Shown here one piece after another: positions 8,321 to 12,469 of a stretch of 12,469 nucleotides of DNA. How positions within the stretch are numbered: position 1 is the first letter of the stretch; the number at the start of each line of letters is the position of its first letter. Source of the stretch: Octopus sinensis (lineage: Eukaryota); NCBI RefSeq assembly GCF_006345805.1, contig NW_021826521.1, positions 1 through 12,469 of the forward strand, read 5' to 3'. The position numbers were made by a program, and so were the translations under genes. Below the pieces are notes generated by a model that ran no database searches, had not been told where the DNA came from, and saw nothing but the letters and a program-made list of their open reading frames with translations.

Positions 8321-8452
8321 TAATGATAATGATAGTGGTAATGGTTTCAAATTTTGGCCAGAAATGGAAACAAAAATGTTGAAAGGAGAAGAAAAACTCA
8401 ACAATGGAACCAATTATGAAGATAATATTTTAAAAAAGAATCGGTGGGTTTC

Positions 8453-8458
8453 ACTTAC
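8453..8458 (-). other. 5' splice donor GTAAGT of the opsin exon
   Basis: Perfect consensus immediately after TM5, where GPCR similarity ends. Confidence 0.85.
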
Positions 8459-9178
8459 CGCAATGAAGATCTGTATGTAGGAGTATCCAATGAGGAGTAG
8501 AGGTATTGCTAAGCAGAAGATTAACATGAGTACAATATATGCGATGTCCGAGGTTGTGGAGCCTTGCCACTGGACACTGCAAGCCAGGCCACTGGCTTCT
8601 TGGACGTAGAGGTTCCATCCAAATAGTGGGACACCGGACCAAAAAAGGGCATAGAGTAGGCAACCTATTACAGAGAATATTGCCGCCCTAAAGTCAATAG
8701 TCACCGCGCGCATCGTGTGGACGATTAATATGTAGCGATCGACGGAGATCGCCGTCAACAGACTGATGGAGGTGAGACCCAGGAATGTCATGAAGAAGCC
8801 GTAAAAAATACAGCCGAAATGACCGAAATACCATCCGCGCGCCAGGCCTGAAACCACGACGAATGGGTTGCCGAAAAGCGCGATGCAGAAATCGCAGACC
8901 GTCAAGGACAGTATGAAGAGGTTCGTCGGCGTGATGAGGTCGCGGCAGATGTAGAACGTGAAGAGGACGGCTCCGTTTTCGGTGACTGCCACGAGCGAGA
9001 AGAGGATGAGTACGGTGGCCACCGCGACGCCGCCTTCCGCCGAAACCGTTTGCGAGGCGATGGTGGCGCTGGTGGGGCCGGCGCCCCCGCCGGTGGAAGT
9101 TTGGTCTGCGGCGACGGTGGTTACGCTGCTGTGGATTTGGTACGAAGCGTCGGCGCTGAGAGCTGTCGAAAATGCCAT
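8459..9178 (-). CDS. Opsin-type class A GPCR, probably xenopsin: coding exon for N-terminus to TM5 (240 codons)
   Basis: Bovine-rhodopsin-equivalent residues: N68(55), TPTN..LSL..CD96(83), GNP, W.FG..GC123(110), Y126(113), DRY147-149, GW..Y..E194(181)....C200(187), P226, Y234. Exon ends ...ATT GCG|GTAAGT (phase 0; GT at 8458-8457). The ORF-track tail VSETH... is intron read-through. The retinal-binding lysine is not in the window. Xenopsin versus other opsin classes is inference. Confidence 0.88.
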
Positions 9179-9181
9179 AGC

Positions 9182-9200
9182 CTGTGTGAATGGTTACATA
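9182..9200 (-). other. Candidate 3' splice acceptor 3 nt upstream of the opsin ATG
   Basis: Minus strand ATGTAACCATTCACACAG|GCTATGG; short pyrimidine tract. Confidence 0.45.
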
Positions 9201-9235
9201 AGTTTCCCGCTTCTGTGTGTGTGGGGATACGATGT

Positions 9236-9375
9236 GTATATATATTATATATATACATATATACATATCATATATATATTATATATATTATAAATTTTTT
9301 TATATATAATATAATTTTAATATATATATATAGATATAATATATATATATATTTATATGTATATATATATATATA
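9236..9375. repeat. (TA)n-rich microsatellite
   Basis: Direct reading. Confidence 0.95.
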
Positions 9376-9825
9376 ATAAAGTAGAATGAATAGCTAAGGT
9401 TTTTGACTGCTATTTCTAAACTTCGGTGTGTGGTGAAGCTAATCGTTGCTGAACCCTAATTATATAGTATTACTTAAACTTACCATAAAATGGTCTTTTT
9501 CATGGTGAATTCTACTTGGTGAAATTACTAATTACTTCTTAATTAATTAATTTCACCCTTTGTTATTATATATATATATATAAAATTATATATATATGTG
9601 TTTGTGTAGGTGTCTGTGTGTGTATGTATGTAAGTGATCTAGTGACCGCTTGTTAGTCTCTCTATGTGTATATACATTTATCTACTGATATATATCTACA
9701 CATCTATATATTTCTCTACTACATAATTATTTGTCTCTTAAATACATCTGTGTGTGTGTTTTTAGTGAGTGAACATATTTATATTACATATATATGTATA
9801 TCACATCTCTCTATTAGTCAACCCA

Positions 9826-10007
9826 TCTATCTATCTATCTATCTATTTATTTATTTCTATCTATCTATCTATCTACCCACCTATCCACCTTTCTACTTAC
9901 TTAAGTTTTGTATAACATCTTACCGACTAAGTTTTGTATAACATCTCATAATATAGGTGCATGTGTGTTTATCTGTTTGCTAACGTATATATCTGTCTAT
10001 CTGTCTG

Positions 10008-10086
<79 letters not shown>

Positions 10087-10100
10087 GTCTGTCTGTCTGT
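9826..10100. repeat. (ATCT)n/(GTCT)n tetranucleotide tracts
   Basis: Tracts at ~9826-9875 and ~9995-10100. Confidence 0.9.
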
Positions 10101-10177
10101 GATCTGCTGGTCTGTCCGTTTTTTGCCTGACGATAAAGGAAATTTGATTAAAAACTTTGTACTAACGCAACGCACAT

Positions 10178-10178
10178 G

Positions 10179-10218
<40 letters not shown>

Positions 10219-10573
10219 ATATATATATATATATATATAATATATATTATATATTCTATAATATGCATATATATTATATATATGCATATATATATATATA
10301 TATGCATATATATATATATATGCATATATATATATATATGCATATATATATATTATACACGTATAAACACCTAAATATACATACACTCACACATTCACAA
10401 ACGTATACACAAACACACACACACACACACACATATATGAAGCGAGAGGGACAGACAGACAGACAGACAGATGCATTTGCATATCAGCACAAACCACTTT
10501 CATTCCAAACCTCATGTATCCATAGATATACCCAACTACGATACCCTCATACCGGGGTGTATGTGAGCGTGTT

Positions 10574-10610
<37 letters not shown>

Positions 10611-10844
10611 GTGTTGCGGTGGGGTGGATTTAGCTGTTCCGTTTGCTTCACTTGCAGTCGGTATGTCTATACATGTATGCATGTGTATTAATACATGCAT
10701 TCATACAGCACATGTGTGAGTGTGTTGTGGATATGTGGGCATGTGTGTGTGTATATGTATGTATATATATATAATATATATATATCTATATATAATATAT
10801 AATATATATATATATCTATATTATATAGATATATATTATATATA

Positions 10845-10888
<44 letters not shown>

Positions 10889-10944
10889 ATGTATATTATA
10901 ATATATATAGCATGTATTTATATACCTGTCTATATGTGATATGT

Positions 10945-10976
<32 letters not shown>

Positions 10977-11030
10977 GTATGTAGATTGTGTGTGTATATA
11001 TATATATATAGATATATATATATATCCATC

Positions 11031-11086
<56 letters not shown>

Positions 11087-11387
11087 GTATGTATATATAT
11101 TTATGTATGTATGTAGTATGTATGTATAATTTCTGTACTGATGTCAATATGTAATGAAATTTATTTATCAAAACGATTCGTTACAGTGAGCCAGATGTTA
11201 AATGCTACCCCTCCAACTATGTGTGTATGTGTGTGTATATAATTCTATCATACACATATATATCTTGTTATCTCTTTGTTCAATTCTGTTTCTGATCTCT
11301 TTATAGCTATATTTATGCTTGTGTGTATATATACATCAGATATATATATATATATATATATATATGCATATATATAAATATAGTATG

Positions 11388-11425
<38 letters not shown>
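10178..11425. repeat. Cluster of (TA)n, (CA)n and (TG)n microsatellites
   Basis: (TA)n at ~10180-10350, ~10760-11100 and ~11335-11420; (CA)n at ~10413-10432; (TG)n at ~10576-10606; short complex spacers between them. Confidence 0.9.
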
Positions 11426-11426
<1 letters not shown>

Positions 11427-11451
11427 TACTCTCTTTCTCTTTCCTTCTCTG

Positions 11452-11452
<1 letters not shown>

Positions 11453-11489
<37 letters not shown>

Positions 11490-11566
11490 ACACACACACA
11501 TGCATACAGATATGTATGTAGACAGACAGACACAGATTGATAGAAAAGTAGATAGATAGATAGATG

Positions 11567-11652
<86 letters not shown>

Positions 11653-11690
11653 TAAATAGATAGATAGATATAGATAGATAGATGGATGGG

Positions 11691-11770
<80 letters not shown>

Positions 11771-11815
11771 TAAATAGATAGATAGATATAGATAGATAGA
11801 TGGATGGGTAGATAG

Positions 11816-11849
<34 letters not shown>

Positions 11850-11965
11850 ATAGATAGATAGATAGATAAACACACAGACAGACAGATGGATAGATAGATA
11901 GATAGATAGATAGATAGACAGATAGATAGAGAGGGATAGCTAGATAGATAGATAGACAGACAGAC

Positions 11966-12024
<59 letters not shown>

Positions 12025-12037
12025 TAGATAGATAGAT
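11453..12037. repeat. (CT)n followed by compound (AGAT)n/(AG)n/(AGAC)n array
   Basis: Direct reading; internal ~118-bp duplication. Confidence 0.95.
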
Positions 12038-12174
12038 GGAGTGACACTGACACACAGAGCTAGCTAGACAAACTGACAGACAGGATGATAGCTGAGTCTA
12101 TAGGTTTTGATTACAGGTAGAAGCGAGGAGTGTGTGGACGGTGTGCGTGAGTCTATCTCGTGTGTGGTCATACC

Positions 12175-12207
12175 AACTGACAAAACTGCCCTCTCTGGTC
12201 ATTTATA
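12175..12207 (-). promoter_or_regulatory. Candidate core promoter: TATAAA plus initiator TCAGTT
   Basis: Minus-strand TATAAA at 12207-12202 and TCAGTT at 12180-12175, placing TATA at -29 relative to the Inr A (12178); lies in a complex island upstream of the opsin exon in the same orientation. Confidence 0.35.
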
Positions 12208-12350
12208 CTTATACAGCAGTAGCCGGTGTGGGGGAGATGGTGGGGGTCAATCCCTGGACCCCCAACCACGCATCTTTCCCCCCACCTTCGACTGGCTTTA
12301 TCTACATTCGTTGCACAATTAAAGAAAAATGCTGTGGCCAGCCTACCGCC

Positions 12351-12469
12351 AACACACACGGCACACACACACACATATACACACACATATACACACACAC
12401 ACATACACACACATACACACACATATACACACACACATACACATACACACACATATACACTCACACACA
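12351..12469. repeat. (CA)n/(CATA) microsatellite
   Basis: Direct reading. Confidence 0.95.

Larger units (their letters stand above)
5986..8335. repeat. Interrupted (AAT)n/(GAT)n trinucleotide array
   Basis: Tracts at 5986-6102, 6384-6412, 6823-6848, 6946-6978, 7141-7195, 7421-7510 and 7920-8335. Confidence 0.95.

Noticed and set aside
5859-8413. Poly-Ile/Leu/Tyr/His ORFs, including 6670-7245 and 7910-8413
   Set aside because: Translations of (AAT)n/(GAT)n tracts and antisense LINE UTRs.
8414-8458. Opsin C-terminus VSETHRFFFKILSS* as given by the ORF track
   Set aside because: Begins exactly at a GTAAGT donor and lacks TM6/TM7; intron read-through.
1-8458. Opsin TM6-TM7 exon
   Set aside because: By-eye search of the non-repeat segments on the minus strand found no CW.PY, K296 or NP.IY-like motif.
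8694-9376. Overlapping ORFs 8694-9266, 8958-9293 and 9050-9376
   Set aside because: Shadow frames of the GC-rich opsin exon extended into (TA)n.
9540-9549. Palindromic homeodomain site TAATTAATTA
   Set aside because: Expected by chance in AT-rich DNA; not the P3/RCSI spacing.
10475-10482. Octamer ATTTGCAT
   Set aside because: Single 8-mer with no supporting context.
9666-12464. Many 60-210 aa ORFs (YIYI, LSIY, CVCV repeats)
   Set aside because: All are microsatellite translations.

Overview
AT-rich, microsatellite-dense animal genomic DNA; the repeat repertoire and the opsin type suggest an octopod cephalopod (inference). The only supported host gene is a 720-nt minus-strand coding exon (9178-8459) encoding the N-terminus and TM1-TM5 of an opsin-type GPCR, most likely a xenopsin. 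It ends at a canonical GT donor, and no TM6-TM7 exon is recognisable in the remaining 8.4 kb, so bases 1-8458 are probably intron. That intron is a stack of mobile elements: two head-to-head tRNA-derived SINEs, fold-back MITE-like elements, and a restriction-like-endonuclease (RLE, R4/Dong-type) LINE fragment. The RLE fragment gave rise to a 16-bp minisatellite and was split by a TTAA-flanked piggyBac remnant, which itself carries two CR1 fragments and a partial MITE. A 2.6-kb (AAT)n array follows, colonised by several co-oriented retroposon 3' ends, at least two families of which are RLE-type. Upstream of the exon lie microsatellites, a candidate upstream exon donor and a candidate TATA+Inr core promoter. 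All alignments and identities were done by eye; no database search was run.
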